In this document: piece by piece, positions 23,466 through 32,646 of the stretch
Layout of the letters: each line of letters opens with the position of its first letter
Numbering within the stretch: position 1 is the first letter of the stretch
Source: Myxococcales bacterium
Lineage (GTDB): Bacteria > Myxococcota_A > Bradymonadia > UBA7976 > UBA1532
NCBI GenBank assembly: GCA_020633435.1
Contig: JACKDP010000001.1
Location: 517,359 to 581,358, forward strand
Direction of reading: 5' to 3'
Length of the DNA: 64,000 bases
Program-made: the position numbers and the translations under genes
Notes under the pieces: model-generated
What the model was told of the DNA's origin: nothing
The model's database searches: none
The model's input: only the letters and a program-made list of their open reading frames with translations

Positions 23466-24550
23466 AGCGATTCCCCCGCCTGCTGGCCGCCCTGGTGACG
23501 CTCTGCGTCGCCAGCCCGGCCGCCTTCGCCGGCGAGCCCCTGGACGCCGCCCTCGTCGACACCGCCAAGAAGGCTGTCGACAACGGCATCCACTTCCTGC
23601 GCTACAAGCAGGAGGAGAACGGCTCCTACGGCAACCACCCCGGCCTCACCGCCATGGTCCTGCTCGCCTTCGCCGAGAGCCACCGCGCCTACCGCGCCGA
23701 CGAGGGCCCCTTCGTCAGCAAGGCGGCCGAGTGGCTGGCGGCCCAGGCCCGCGCCGACGGCGCCATCACCGGCGACGCCACCCCCACCTACAACACGGCC
23801 CTCGCCATCATGGCGCTGCACGTCATCGATCCGGTGAAGTACAAGAAGCAGGTCGAGGCGGGTCAGGCGTTTCTGGTGAAGTTCCAGAGCGATGAGGACC
23901 AGAAGTACGAGAAGACCGACAAGTTCTACGGCGGCATCGGCTACGGCGGCGACGAGCGCCCCGACCTGTCGAACCTGCAGTACGCCCTCGAGGCGCTGAA
24001 GAAGACGGACTACGACCCCCAGAGCGATGTGTGGGCGAAGGCCGAGATCTTCCTGAACCGCTGCCAGAACCGCAGCGAGTCCAATGACCAGGCGTGGGCC
24101 GGCAACGACGGCGGCTTCGTCTACGCCCCGGGCCAGAGCTCGGCCGGCGGCACCACCAGCTACGGCGCCATGAGCTTCGCGGGCCTCAAGAGCCTGATGT
24201 TCGCCAAGGCCGGCAAGGACGACCCCCGCGTGAAGGCGGCGTTCGACTGGATCCGGAAGAACTACGACTTCAACACCCACCCCGGCATGGGCACCACCAG
24301 CTACTACTACTACCTGCAGACCGCCGCCGGCGCCCTGGAGGCCTTCGGCGAGGACTTCGTGCCCGACGAGAAGGGCCGCAAGCGCCGCTGGGCCGCGGAT
24401 CTCATCACCAAGATCCTCAGCATGCAGCAGAAGGACGGCTCGTGGGTCAACGCCAACCCCAAGTACTGGGAGGGCAACCCCCTGCTCGTGACCGCCCGCT
24501 CCATCATCTCGGTCAACGACGCGCTGCGCTCCGCCGGCGCCAACAAGTAG
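23462..24550 (+). CDS. secreted prenyltransferase/squalene-oxidase-repeat (terpenoid-cyclase-fold) protein
   Basis: Signal peptide MKRFPRLLAALVTLCVASPAAFA; Trp/Gly/Tyr-rich repeat-like blocks. Confidence 0.55.
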   Translation: MKRFPRLLAALVTLCVASPAAFAGEPLDAALVDTAKKAVDNGIHFLRYKQEENGSYGNHPGLTAMVLLAFAESHRAYRADEGPFVSKAAEWLAAQARADGAITGDATPTYNTALAIMALHVIDPVKYKKQVEAGQAFLVKFQSDEDQKYEKTDKFYGGIGYGGDERPDLSNLQYALEALKKTDYDPQSDVWAKAEIFLNRCQNRSESNDQAWAGNDGGFVYAPGQSSAGGTTSYGAMSFAGLKSLMFAKAGKDDPRVKAAFDWIRKNYDFNTHPGMGTTSYYYYLQTAAGALEAFGEDFVPDEKGRKRRWAADLITKILSMQQKDGSWVNANPKYWEGNPLLVTARSIISVNDALRSAGANK

Positions 24551-24605
24551 CGCCCCCGCTGCCATGGGGATCGACACGCACCGTCGATCCCGGCATCTTG
24601 CCCCC

Positions 24606-26090
24606 ATGCTCGCTCGCCCCCTCCTCCCCCTCCTGACGCTGCTGCTGGGCGCAGGCGCCGCGCTCGCCGGCCCCGACATCACCCCGGTGGGGGACGGCGG
24701 CAGCTACGCCCTCACCTTCGAGAGCCGCAGCGTGCACCCGCAGAGCGCGCGGGTGGTGGCGGGCACGGCCGGCCTGGACGCCCCCGTCGAGCCCTTCCAG
24801 CGGCTCGTGGCCGTGGCCCAGTGCATCGGCACGCCGCCCCCGCTGCACGGCGGCCTGGGCGACGCCGACGATCCCCTCCCCGTCCCGGCGCTGGACTTCC
24901 CCGACGGCCCCCCGGCCCTGTGGATCCACCGCGAGCGCGCGGGGCGGGCGGCCCTGGAGAAGCGCATCCAGGAGGTGCGGGCCGGGCTGGCCCTGCGCCA
25001 CCTCACGCCGGCCGAGGTGCCCGTGCACTTCGCCGCCCTGCGCTTCGCGCCCCTGATCCTCATCGAGATCAACGACTGGGCCGAGCTGGCCGCCGGCCAG
25101 CGGGCCGCCCTGCGGGGCGCCGTGGCGGCCGGCAGCGTGCTCGTCGTCGGCGGGGGCGAGGGGCCCGTGGCGGCCGACGCCCTCGCCGCCGTGCTCCCCG
25201 TCCAGGCGGGCACCGCCGAGCGGGCCGGGCCCGCCCTGACGGCCGCCCTGCAGCACGCCTCCGGCCACCGCGTGCTCACCCCCGGCCCGGGCGCCCAGGC
25301 GCGCATCCTGGCCGACGGCGCCCCGGTCCTCGTGGACGGCCCCCACGGCCTCGGCCAGGTCCGCGTCGCCGCCGTCCGCCTCACCGAGCTGGACGCGGGC
25401 GCCGTGGCCCAGGCCCTCTTCGCCGAGGCCCCCGACGCCCTGGGCACCGTGCTGGCCTGGCTGCAGGCCGCGCCGCCCCTCGCCGAGGCCCGCTCGGCGC
25501 CGCTCGCGGCCTACGCCTGGTACCTGCTGGCGGGCCTGGCCTTCCTGGGCCTCCTCGCCCGCTTCGCGCCCCGGGTCGCCGTGGTGCTCGTCGTGCCCCT
25601 GGGCGTGACGGCCGCCGTCCTGCCGCCCACCAGCGCCGACTGGACGCCCCGCGCCGGCCGCGTGCTCTACATCCGCGCTGGCGCCGAGGCCCTGGCCATC
25701 GGCACCGTCGACGTCACCCTCCAGCGCGGCGGGGCCCACGCCCTGCCCGCCGGTGGCGCCGAGATCAGCCTGGAGGACGCCCGCCCGGGCGGCGCCTGCG
25801 CCCTGCTCGCCCCCGGTCAGGCCTTCTGGGCCGTCGCCGGCGAGCCCGGCGCCCGCCGCCGCCTGACGTTCTTCGCGCTGCAGGCCGCCCCGCAGGCCGG
25901 CCCCCCCGGCGCCGAGACGCTGCCGGCCTGGCCGGCCGGTCCCCTCGCGGCCGCCCCGCTGCAGCCCGTCGAGGGGGCCAGCGTCCCGCTCGCCGGCGGC
26001 CCCGTGCAGGTGGCCGGCTGGCTCACGGACGCCACGCCCCCGGCCGCGAAGCCCCCCGCCGTCCTCGCCGCGCCGCCCGAGCCCGAGTAG
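24606..26090 (+). CDS. hypothetical exported protein
   Basis: Signal peptide MLARPLLPLLTLLLGAGAALAG plus an internal hydrophobic segment. Confidence 0.45.
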   Translation: MLARPLLPLLTLLLGAGAALAGPDITPVGDGGSYALTFESRSVHPQSARVVAGTAGLDAPVEPFQRLVAVAQCIGTPPPLHGGLGDADDPLPVPALDFPDGPPALWIHRERAGRAALEKRIQEVRAGLALRHLTPAEVPVHFAALRFAPLILIEINDWAELAAGQRAALRGAVAAGSVLVVGGGEGPVAADALAAVLPVQAGTAERAGPALTAALQHASGHRVLTPGPGAQARILADGAPVLVDGPHGLGQVRVAAVRLTELDAGAVAQALFAEAPDALGTVLAWLQAAPPLAEARSAPLAAYAWYLLAGLAFLGLLARFAPRVAVVLVVPLGVTAAVLPPTSADWTPRAGRVLYIRAGAEALAIGTVDVTLQRGGAHALPAGGAEISLEDARPGGACALLAPGQAFWAVAGEPGARRRLTFFALQAAPQAGPPGAETLPAWPAGPLAAAPLQPVEGASVPLAGGPVQVAGWLTDATPPAAKPPAVLAAPPEPE

Positions 26091-26118
26091 GCCCCCCACC
26101 GAAATCAGGAACACGATC

Positions 26119-27507
26119 ATGGCCTTGCGTCCCCTCCACACCGAGACGGCCGCCTCGCTGGCCGACCTGACCCGCCGCGGCGACGTGACCTGCGTCGAGG
26201 TCATCGAGGCCCACCTGGCCCGCATCGAGGCCGTGAACCCGGCCGTGAACGCGGCCACCGTCGTCCTGGCCGAGCCCGCCCTCGCCGCGGCCCGGGCGGC
26301 CGACGCCCTGCCCGCCGACCGGCGCGGCCCCCTGCACGGCGTGCCCTTCACGGTGAAGGAGAACATCGACTGCCTGGGCTCGCCGACGACGCACGGCCTG
26401 CCCGCCCTGCGCGGCGCCCTGCCCTACGCCGACGCCCCGACGGTGGCCCGCCTGCGCGCCGCGGGCGCCATCCCCATTGCCCGCAGCAACCTGTCCGAGC
26501 TGGCCATGCGCCTCTGCACCGACAACCCGCTGCGCGGCGCCACCCGCAACCCCTGGGACGCGCGCCTCACGGCCGGCGGCTCCAGCGGCGGCGACGCCGT
26601 CGCCGTCGCGACGGGCATGGCGCCCCTGGGCCTGGGCAATGACATGGGGGGCTCCCTGCGCATCCCGGCCCACTGCGCCGGCGTGGCGAGCCTCAAGCCC
26701 ACGACCGGCCGCGTGCCCCACGCCGCCTCCCTGCCCCCGCAGGACTACGGCCTGGCCAGCCAGCTCATGCTCGCCCACGGCCCGATGGCCCGCAGCGTCG
26801 CCGATCTGCGCCTGGCCCTCGGCGTCCTCGCCGGCCGCGACGCCCGCGACCCGCGCTCCGTCGACGCCCCGCTGCGGGGGCCCGCCGCCCGCACCGCCGG
26901 CCTCGTCCGCCACCTGCCCGGCACGCCCCCCGCGACCGCCGCCGCCATCGCCCGCGCGGGCGACGCGCTGCGCGCCGCCGGCTGGGACGTCGAGGAGGTC
27001 GATCCCCCCGAGCTCGACCTGCTGGAGGCCGTCTGGATCGCCCTGGTAGCGGCCGACGTCGCCGCCGTCCTGCCGGCCATGCGGCCCTTCCTCTCGGCCC
27101 CGCTCATCGGCCACCTCGAGCGCCTCATGCGCCTCGATCCGGGCCTGCCCCCGCACCGCGTCCACGTCGAGCGCTCGCGCCTGGCCCGCCGCTGGTCGGG
27201 CCTGTTCGCCGACCACGCCGTCCTCGTCGGCCCCACCTGGACGCAGCCCGTCTGGCCCGTGGACGCCGACCTCGACCCCGCCACCGGCGTCGACCTGCTG
27301 CGCGCCACCACCCGCTTCATCTTCCCGGGCAGCGCCCTCGGCCTGCCCGTCGTCACCCTGCCCCTGGGCGTCGACGACGGCCTGCCCACCACCGTCCAGA
27401 TCTACGCCGACCTCTGGCGCGAGGACGCGGCCCTGGACGCCGCCGCCGCCCTCGAGGCCGCCCCCACCCTGCCCCTCGATCCGCGCGGCCTGCGCCGGTC
27501 CGGTTGA
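26119..27507 (+). CDS. amidase (amidase-signature family)
   Basis: GGSSGG motif and Ser-cisSer-Lys context. Confidence 0.85.
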   Translation: MALRPLHTETAASLADLTRRGDVTCVEVIEAHLARIEAVNPAVNAATVVLAEPALAAARAADALPADRRGPLHGVPFTVKENIDCLGSPTTHGLPALRGALPYADAPTVARLRAAGAIPIARSNLSELAMRLCTDNPLRGATRNPWDARLTAGGSSGGDAVAVATGMAPLGLGNDMGGSLRIPAHCAGVASLKPTTGRVPHAASLPPQDYGLASQLMLAHGPMARSVADLRLALGVLAGRDARDPRSVDAPLRGPAARTAGLVRHLPGTPPATAAAIARAGDALRAAGWDVEEVDPPELDLLEAVWIALVAADVAAVLPAMRPFLSAPLIGHLERLMRLDPGLPPHRVHVERSRLARRWSGLFADHAVLVGPTWTQPVWPVDADLDPATGVDLLRATTRFIFPGSALGLPVVTLPLGVDDGLPTTVQIYADLWREDAALDAAAALEAAPTLPLDPRGLRRSG

Positions 27508-27540
27508 AGTCCACGGCCGGGGCCGCTAGCCTCCCGCGCC

Positions 27541-28185
27541 GTGCGCCTCAAGATCACCGAGACCTTCTTCAGCATCCAGGGCGAGAGCACCTTCGCCGGC
27601 CGCCCGTCCGCCTTCGTGCGGCTGACCGGCTGCGACCTGCGCTGCACCTGGTGCGACTCCACCTACACCTTCACCGGCGGCGGCTGGCGGACGATCGACG
27701 AGATCATGAGCGAGATCGAGGCCTTCGGGGCCGATCTCGTCTGCGTGACTGGCGGCGAGCCCCTGCTGCAGAAGGCCGTGCACCCGCTGATGGAGCGCCT
27801 GCTCGACGCGGGCCTGACCGTCACGCTGGAGACGGGCGGCCACCGCGACGTGAGCGGCGTCGACCCCCGCGTGCACCGCATCGTGGACCTGAAGGCCCCG
27901 GCGTCGGGCGAGGTGGAGAAGAACCACTGGCCCAACCTGGCGGTCCTCGGCCGCCGCGACGAGGTCAAGTGCGTCCTGGCCGACCGCGCCGACTACGAGT
28001 GGGCCCGCGCCATCGTGCGCGAGCACGCCCTGGCCACCCGGGTGGCGGCCATCCTCTTCAGCCCCGTGCACGGACGGCTCGCGGGCGATACCCTGGCCGC
28101 CTGGGTGCTGGAGGATCGCCTGCCGGTCCGCCTCCAGCTCCAGCTGCACAAGTACCTGTGGGGAGCCGATGCGCGAGGGGTCTGA
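27541..28185 (+). CDS. queE: 7-carboxy-7-deazaguanine synthase (radical SAM)
   Basis: [15 protein letters not shown]...[11 protein letters not shown], QueE-like. Confidence 0.9.
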   Translation: MRLKITETFFSIQGESTFAGRPSAFVRLTGCDLRCTWCDSTYTFTGGGWRTIDEIMSEIEAFGADLVCVTGGEPLLQKAVHPLMERLLDAGLTVTLETGGHRDVSGVDPRVHRIVDLKAPASGEVEKNHWPNLAVLGRRDEVKCVLADRADYEWARAIVREHALATRVAAILFSPVHGRLAGDTLAAWVLEDRLPVRLQLQLHKYLWGADARGV

Positions 28186-28873
28186 GAAGCGGGCGGTGGT
28201 GCTGCTGAGCGGCGGCCTGGACTCGGCCACCGTGCTGGCCGAGGCCGTGGCCACGGGCCGGCAGGTCACCGCCTTGTCATTCCGCTACGGGCAGCGCCAC
28301 GAGCACGAGCTGCAGGCGGCCGCCCGCGTCGCCGCGGCCTTCGGCGTCACCGACCATGTCATCGCCACCATCGACCTGGGCATCTTCGGGGGCTCAGCGC
28401 TGACGGACGCCGGCCTGGCCGTGCCCCACGGCCGCTCCGAGGCCGACATGGGCGAGGGCATCCCCATCACCTATGTGCCCGCCCGCAATACGATCTTCCT
28501 CTCGTTCGCCCTGGCCCTGGCCGAGGTGCGCGGCGCCGAGGAGATCCACCTGGGCATCAACGCGGTGGACTACTCGGGCTACCCCGACTGCCGCCCCGAG
28601 TACCTGGCCGCCTTCCAGGCCATGGCCGCCCTGGCCACGCGCCAGGGCGTCGAGGGCGCGCCCGTCCGCCTCGTGGCCCCGCTGGTGCTGCTGTCCAAGG
28701 CCGACATCGTCCGCCGCGGGGTGAGCCTGGGCGTCGACTACGCCCTCACCCACTCCTGCTACGACCCCGCCCCCGACGGCGGCGCCTGCGGCGACTGCGA
28801 CGCCTGCGTCCTGCGGCGCCGGGGCTTCGCGGAGGCGGGCGTCGACGATCCGACCCGCTACGCCGCCCGGTGA
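28169..28873 (+). CDS. queC: 7-cyano-7-deazaguanine synthase
   Basis: PP-loop [12 protein letters not shown]; C-terminal Zn Cys motif; overlaps queE. Confidence 0.9.
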   Translation: MREGSEKRAVVLLSGGLDSATVLAEAVATGRQVTALSFRYGQRHEHELQAAARVAAAFGVTDHVIATIDLGIFGGSALTDAGLAVPHGRSEADMGEGIPITYVPARNTIFLSFALALAEVRGAEEIHLGINAVDYSGYPDCRPEYLAAFQAMAALATRQGVEGAPVRLVAPLVLLSKADIVRRGVSLGVDYALTHSCYDPAPDGGACGDCDACVLRRRGFAEAGVDDPTRYAAR

Positions 28874-29472
28874 GGCGCGCGGCGACCCTGGCGGTGGCGC
28901 TGCTGGCCGGCGCCTGCACCAACACCTCCCGCAAGACCGGGGACGCCCCGCCCGAGGGGCTGCCCTGGCTCGCCACCACCTACGCCGTCGAGCTCACCCT
29001 GGTGGGCAGCGACTGCCACCCCGGCGGCCAGGATCCCGAGGTCCGCCCGGCGACGGCCGAGATCTACCAGGACGGCGACTACGTGGAGTGGCGGCAGCTG
29101 AGCACCGCCGTCGACGGCGACTTCTGGTACCTGACGGGGGCCCTCTGCCCCCGCGATGGCGGCAGCGTCCTGCGCCTCGCCGGCGGCCGGCGCGACACCG
29201 TCAACGGCTGCCAGGCCCGCACCACCATCCCCGCGGTGGGCGAGCCGAACCTGGACGACCCCTGCGCGGGCGACGGCCGCCTGGAGCTGGTGCCCGATGA
29301 GGACGGCTGCGGCGGGCTGCACCTGGCCGAGGCCTCGGCCCAGGCGCGCATCAGCTTCCACCGCGACTGCTCCTGGAAGAGCGCCTGCACCCTCGAGCTG
29401 ACCCTGAAGGCCACGCCGCTGACGCGGGATCCCCGCGCGCCGGCGCCGCCGGAGGGCTGCGCCACGCCCTGA
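28870..29472 (+). CDS. lipoprotein, function unknown
   Basis: Lipobox LLAGAC; GTG overlaps queC stop. Confidence 0.5.
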   Translation: MRRAATLAVALLAGACTNTSRKTGDAPPEGLPWLATTYAVELTLVGSDCHPGGQDPEVRPATAEIYQDGDYVEWRQLSTAVDGDFWYLTGALCPRDGGSVLRLAGGRRDTVNGCQARTTIPAVGEPNLDDPCAGDGRLELVPDEDGCGGLHLAEASAQARISFHRDCSWKSACTLELTLKATPLTRDPRAPAPPEGCATP

Positions 29473-29636
29473 CGGGCCGCTGGCTCGCCCCGGGGCATCC
29501 GCTTCGTCGAGTGGGTGCAAGCGCAGCGAGCGCGGCGCGCTCTGCGCGGCGACCAGGCGCGGGCGCGCCGGTCACCGGGCCGCGGCGGCCACCCCACCGG
29601 GGCGCCGCGCGGACAGACCTCCGCGACCTCCGGACG

Positions 29637-29843
29637 TCAGGCGCGCCGGTAGAAGATCACGATGGTCAGGCAGTGGAACTGACGGTCGCTGGACTGGCGC
29701 ACCACGGTGTCGACCACCTGGATGTCGCCCTGCTGCTCGAGCCAGGTGGTGATCACCTCGCCGAGGTCCGCGCGCTCCATGGCCTTGGTGGCCGTGAAGA
29801 CCTTGACCGCCGTATAGCCCGCCGAGGGCGGGCCGTCCGTCAA
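29637..29843 (-). CDS. small hypothetical protein downstream of rpsU
   Basis: 68-aa ORF overlapping the rpsU stop by 4 nt; no recognisable motif. Confidence 0.35.
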   Translation of the reverse strand: MTDGPPSAGYTAVKVFTATKAMERADLGEVITTWLEQQGDIQVVDTVVRQSSDRQFHCLTIVIFYRRA

Positions 29844-30079
29844 GTACGGACCCGCTGCGCCCGACGCCGCTCCTTGCGGCGGCGACGCTCGGCCTCGCGC
29901 TGCTTGCGCTTCCGCTTGACCGAGGGCTTCTCGTAGAAGCGGCGGCGCTTCAGCTCCTTGTAGATGCCCTCATGGGCCACCTTGCGCTTGAGGGCCTTGA
30001 TGGCGCGCTCGACATTGTCACCTTCGACGGCGACCTCGAGGGGCCGAAGCACGAGCTCGTTCTGGCTCAAGGACATCAC
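29840..30079 (-). CDS. rpsU: 30S ribosomal protein S21
   Basis: KRRRFYEKPSVKRKRKQRE, basic C-terminus; GGAAGG RBS; start GTG 30079 or ATG 30076. Confidence 0.8.
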   Translation of the reverse strand: MMSLSQNELVLRPLEVAVEGDNVERAIKALKRKVAHEGIYKELKRRRFYEKPSVKRKRKQREAERRRRKERRRAQRVRT

Positions 30080-30140
30080 CTTCCTTCAGAAACGGACACC
30101 AGCCGGGGCCCCACGGGCCACCGGGCGACGAAGCCGCGGC

Positions 30141-30170
30141 AGGATAGAGAGCCGGCCCTGAGGTGTCAAG
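30141..30170 (-). promoter_or_regulatory. sigma-70-like promoter for rpsU
   Basis: Minus strand reads CTTGACA-N17-TATCCT about 60 nt upstream of the rpsU start. Confidence 0.5.
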
Positions 30171-30264
30171 CCGGTTTGCGTCTCTGGGCTGCGAGAATAT
30201 CGCGCCCGCCACCGGCACGATAACCAGAGCCACACACCCATGAAATCATTGAGGAAAGCCCAGG

Positions 30265-31194
30265 CTAGCGGCAGGCGGCGTTGTCGGGGGTGCTGCGGTT
30301 GACGGCGCCCATCTCTTCGATCACCGCCAGGCTGCTGCGCAGCTCGTCGCACTCGACCTGCCCATCGCCGTCCAGATCGAGGTTCAGCGGGGCCCCGCCC
30401 CGGCCGTCGACGCGCAGCATCACGAAGTGCCCCGGCGTCGGGCTGGGCACGATGTCGGCCCCCGCGCGGCACAGCGGGCTGGTGGCGTCGAGCACGCTCT
30501 GGTCGACGCGCACCGCGGCCACCCCGGCGAAGCGCCCCGGCGCCTCGCGCACGCCCTCCACCCGCACCCGCGTCCGCTGGGCCACCCGCACCTCGCAGAC
30601 GGGCTCGCCCAGGCCGTTCGTGGTCACGAACGTCACCCCCGGCTCCCCGTCGCCGTCGGCGTCCGTCACCCGCGGATCGTCCACCGCCGTCGGCGGCACC
30701 GCGTCGGCCCCGATGGCCGCCATGCCCCAGTAGTCGACGAACTCGCTGCCCAGGTAGGGGGCGCCCACGTCGTCGCCCAGCACATAGGCCGAGGTGTCGC
30801 GGGGCTCCAGGGCGTCCGCCACGGTGTCGGGCACCGTCGAGCGCAGCCCCCCCACCAGCGGGCTCAGCTCCCCGCGGCAGATCTTGAGCCGCTCCCGCAG
30901 CGCGCGCGCCCCGTCGCCGGCGTCCCCCTCCTCCAGCACGTCCAGCAGGTAGAAGTTCCAGACCAGGTTCTCCACCTGCGTGCCGATGGCCGACATGCAC
31001 TGCGGCCCCTCGACGAAGAGCACCCAGCGGCCCACCAGCGACGTCGCGCCGGCGTCCGCCTCCCCCGCCCCCGCCTCCCGGCGGCCCCCGTCCGCCACGC
31101 CCCCGTCGATCTGATCGGGGAAGTGGGACGTGCCCGCCGTCAGCTCCTCGCAGCCCAGCAGCGCCAGGGCCAGGCCGATCGCGCGCGCGCTCAT
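30265..31194 (-). CDS. lipoprotein, function unknown
   Basis: In-frame tail of ORF 30265..31599 from ATG 31194 (lipobox ALALLGC); ATG overlaps the upstream OMP stop. Confidence 0.55.
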   Translation of the reverse strand: MSARAIGLALALLGCEELTAGTSHFPDQIDGGVADGGRREAGAGEADAGATSLVGRWVLFVEGPQCMSAIGTQVENLVWNFYLLDVLEEGDAGDGARALRERLKICRGELSPLVGGLRSTVPDTVADALEPRDTSAYVLGDDVGAPYLGSEFVDYWGMAAIGADAVPPTAVDDPRVTDADGDGEPGVTFVTTNGLGEPVCEVRVAQRTRVRVEGVREAPGRFAGVAAVRVDQSVLDATSPLCRAGADIVPSPTPGHFVMLRVDGRGGAPLNLDLDGDGQVECDELRSSLAVIEEMGAVNRSTPDNAACR

Positions 31195-32579
31195 CAGAAC
31201 CTCCACCGCAGATCCACGGACGCCGCCACCAGGTAGCCGCCGTGGGTGTAGCCCGGGAAGCCCGGGGAGCCCGTCTGCAGACCCCGCGTCTCGGCCGCCG
31301 AGAGCAGCGGCGTGTCCTCCGCCAGGTCCGGCGACTCGTCGCAGAGCGCCCGCACCCCGGGCGCGCAGTCGGGGTAGGCCCCGCGCGCCTTGCGCGTCTC
31401 CTCGGTGAGGAGCGCCTGCACCTGGAAGGCGATGTCGAGCGTCAGGTCCTGGCCGAACACCTGCAGATCCCGCCCGGCCCCGAAGCCGAAGCCCACGCGG
31501 TCGTTGTCCACGTAGCTCGTCCGCCCCGTCTGGGTGGGCACCGGGCTGGGCGTGAACGAGACCCCCGCGCGGGCGAACGTGCGCTCCCCCACCGGCCACT
31601 CCAGCGCCGCCTTGGCGTCCACCGTGTCGTCGAAGCCCCCGGATTCATTGTGGTTGTCGGTGTAGCGGCTCCACGCGCGGTAGGTGCCCTCCAGGCTCGC
31701 CGTGAAGCCCCCCTCGGCCACCCAGGCCACGCCGAGCGTCGCCCGCAGGGGCGAGAAGGCCGTCACCAGGTCCAGCTCCTGGAAGACGACGCCCTGCTCC
31801 TCGTCGCCGCGCACCTGCACCTCGCTGCGCCCGTGGATGCGGGTGCGCACCTCGTCCTGGAACGCCACCCCCACCCGCAGCTGCTCGAAGGGCTGCACCT
31901 GCAGGCCCGCCGTCAGCGCGCGGCTGAACTCCGTCCCCACGCGCGCGTTGATGTCCACCTGCGTCAGGTCGGTGGCCGAGCGCGCGTAGACGGGCGCCGT
32001 CACCTTGGCCCCCGGCAGGATCATCAGCCCCAGCCCCATGGACAGCCAGCTCCGCAGCCGCCACGCCAGCGCGAAGGTGATGACCTCGCTCTCCAGGCGC
32101 TCCCCCAGCAGCTCGTAGTGCAGCCGGTTGGAGAAGGCCTGCTCGCGCTCGTCGGCGAAGTGGGTGTTCAGCGAGGCGAAGCCCTCGAACGGCACGAAGG
32201 CCGCCACGCCGACGGCCAGATCCTCGGAGAACGGGTGGGCGCTCAGGCCCAGCAGCGCCCCCGCCGTGCCCGGCGGCTCCACCGTGTCGGCGCGCGCCGA
32301 GGGGTTCGCCCCGTAGCCCTTGGGATCGTAGCCCAGGGGCCGCGGCGTCAGCAGGATGGACGTGCGGTTGAACAGGCCGGTGACGCCCACGATGAACGCG
32401 GACGGCGACTCCGTGAGGCCCGCGGGGTTGTGGAACGCCGCCATGGCGTCCCCCGCGAGGGCCGCCACGGCGCCGGCCATGGCCTGGCTGCGCGCGCCGG
32501 CCCCGAAGACGTCGAAGAGGTTGGCGTGGGCCGGCCCGGCGAGGGCGGTGGCGGCCAGGGTGAGCGCGAGGCGACGCAT
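31194..32579 (-). CDS. outer-membrane beta-barrel protein, FadL/TodX-like
   Basis: Signal peptide MRRLALTLAATALAGPAHA; ends with aromatic terminus ...DLRWRF. Confidence 0.65.
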   Translation of the reverse strand: MRRLALTLAATALAGPAHANLFDVFGAGARSQAMAGAVAALAGDAMAAFHNPAGLTESPSAFIVGVTGLFNRTSILLTPRPLGYDPKGYGANPSARADTVEPPGTAGALLGLSAHPFSEDLAVGVAAFVPFEGFASLNTHFADEREQAFSNRLHYELLGERLESEVITFALAWRLRSWLSMGLGLMILPGAKVTAPVYARSATDLTQVDINARVGTEFSRALTAGLQVQPFEQLRVGVAFQDEVRTRIHGRSEVQVRGDEEQGVVFQELDLVTAFSPLRATLGVAWVAEGGFTASLEGTYRAWSRYTDNHNESGGFDDTVDAKAALEWPVGERTFARAGVSFTPSPVPTQTGRTSYVDNDRVGFGFGAGRDLQVFGQDLTLDIAFQVQALLTEETRKARGAYPDCAPGVRALCDESPDLAEDTPLLSAAETRGLQTGSPGFPGYTHGGYLVAASVDLRWRF

Positions 32580-32646
32580 GGGCCCTCCAGGCGACAAGGG
32601 GCCGCGAGGTAGCACAGGCGCGGCCGGGCCGGGAAGCCCCGCCGCC

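Noticed and set aside
24513-26366. 617-aa minus-strand ORF (also 48186..49775, 58478..60307, 8056..9945, 7089..9185)
   Set aside because: Typical spurious long ORFs of high-G+C DNA: Arg/Gly/Pro-rich, antisense to well-supported genes.
29473-29636. GC-rich imperfect dyad downstream of the queC-adjacent lipoprotein gene as a terminator
   Set aside because: Stem is imperfect and there is no T-tract; not callable by eye.
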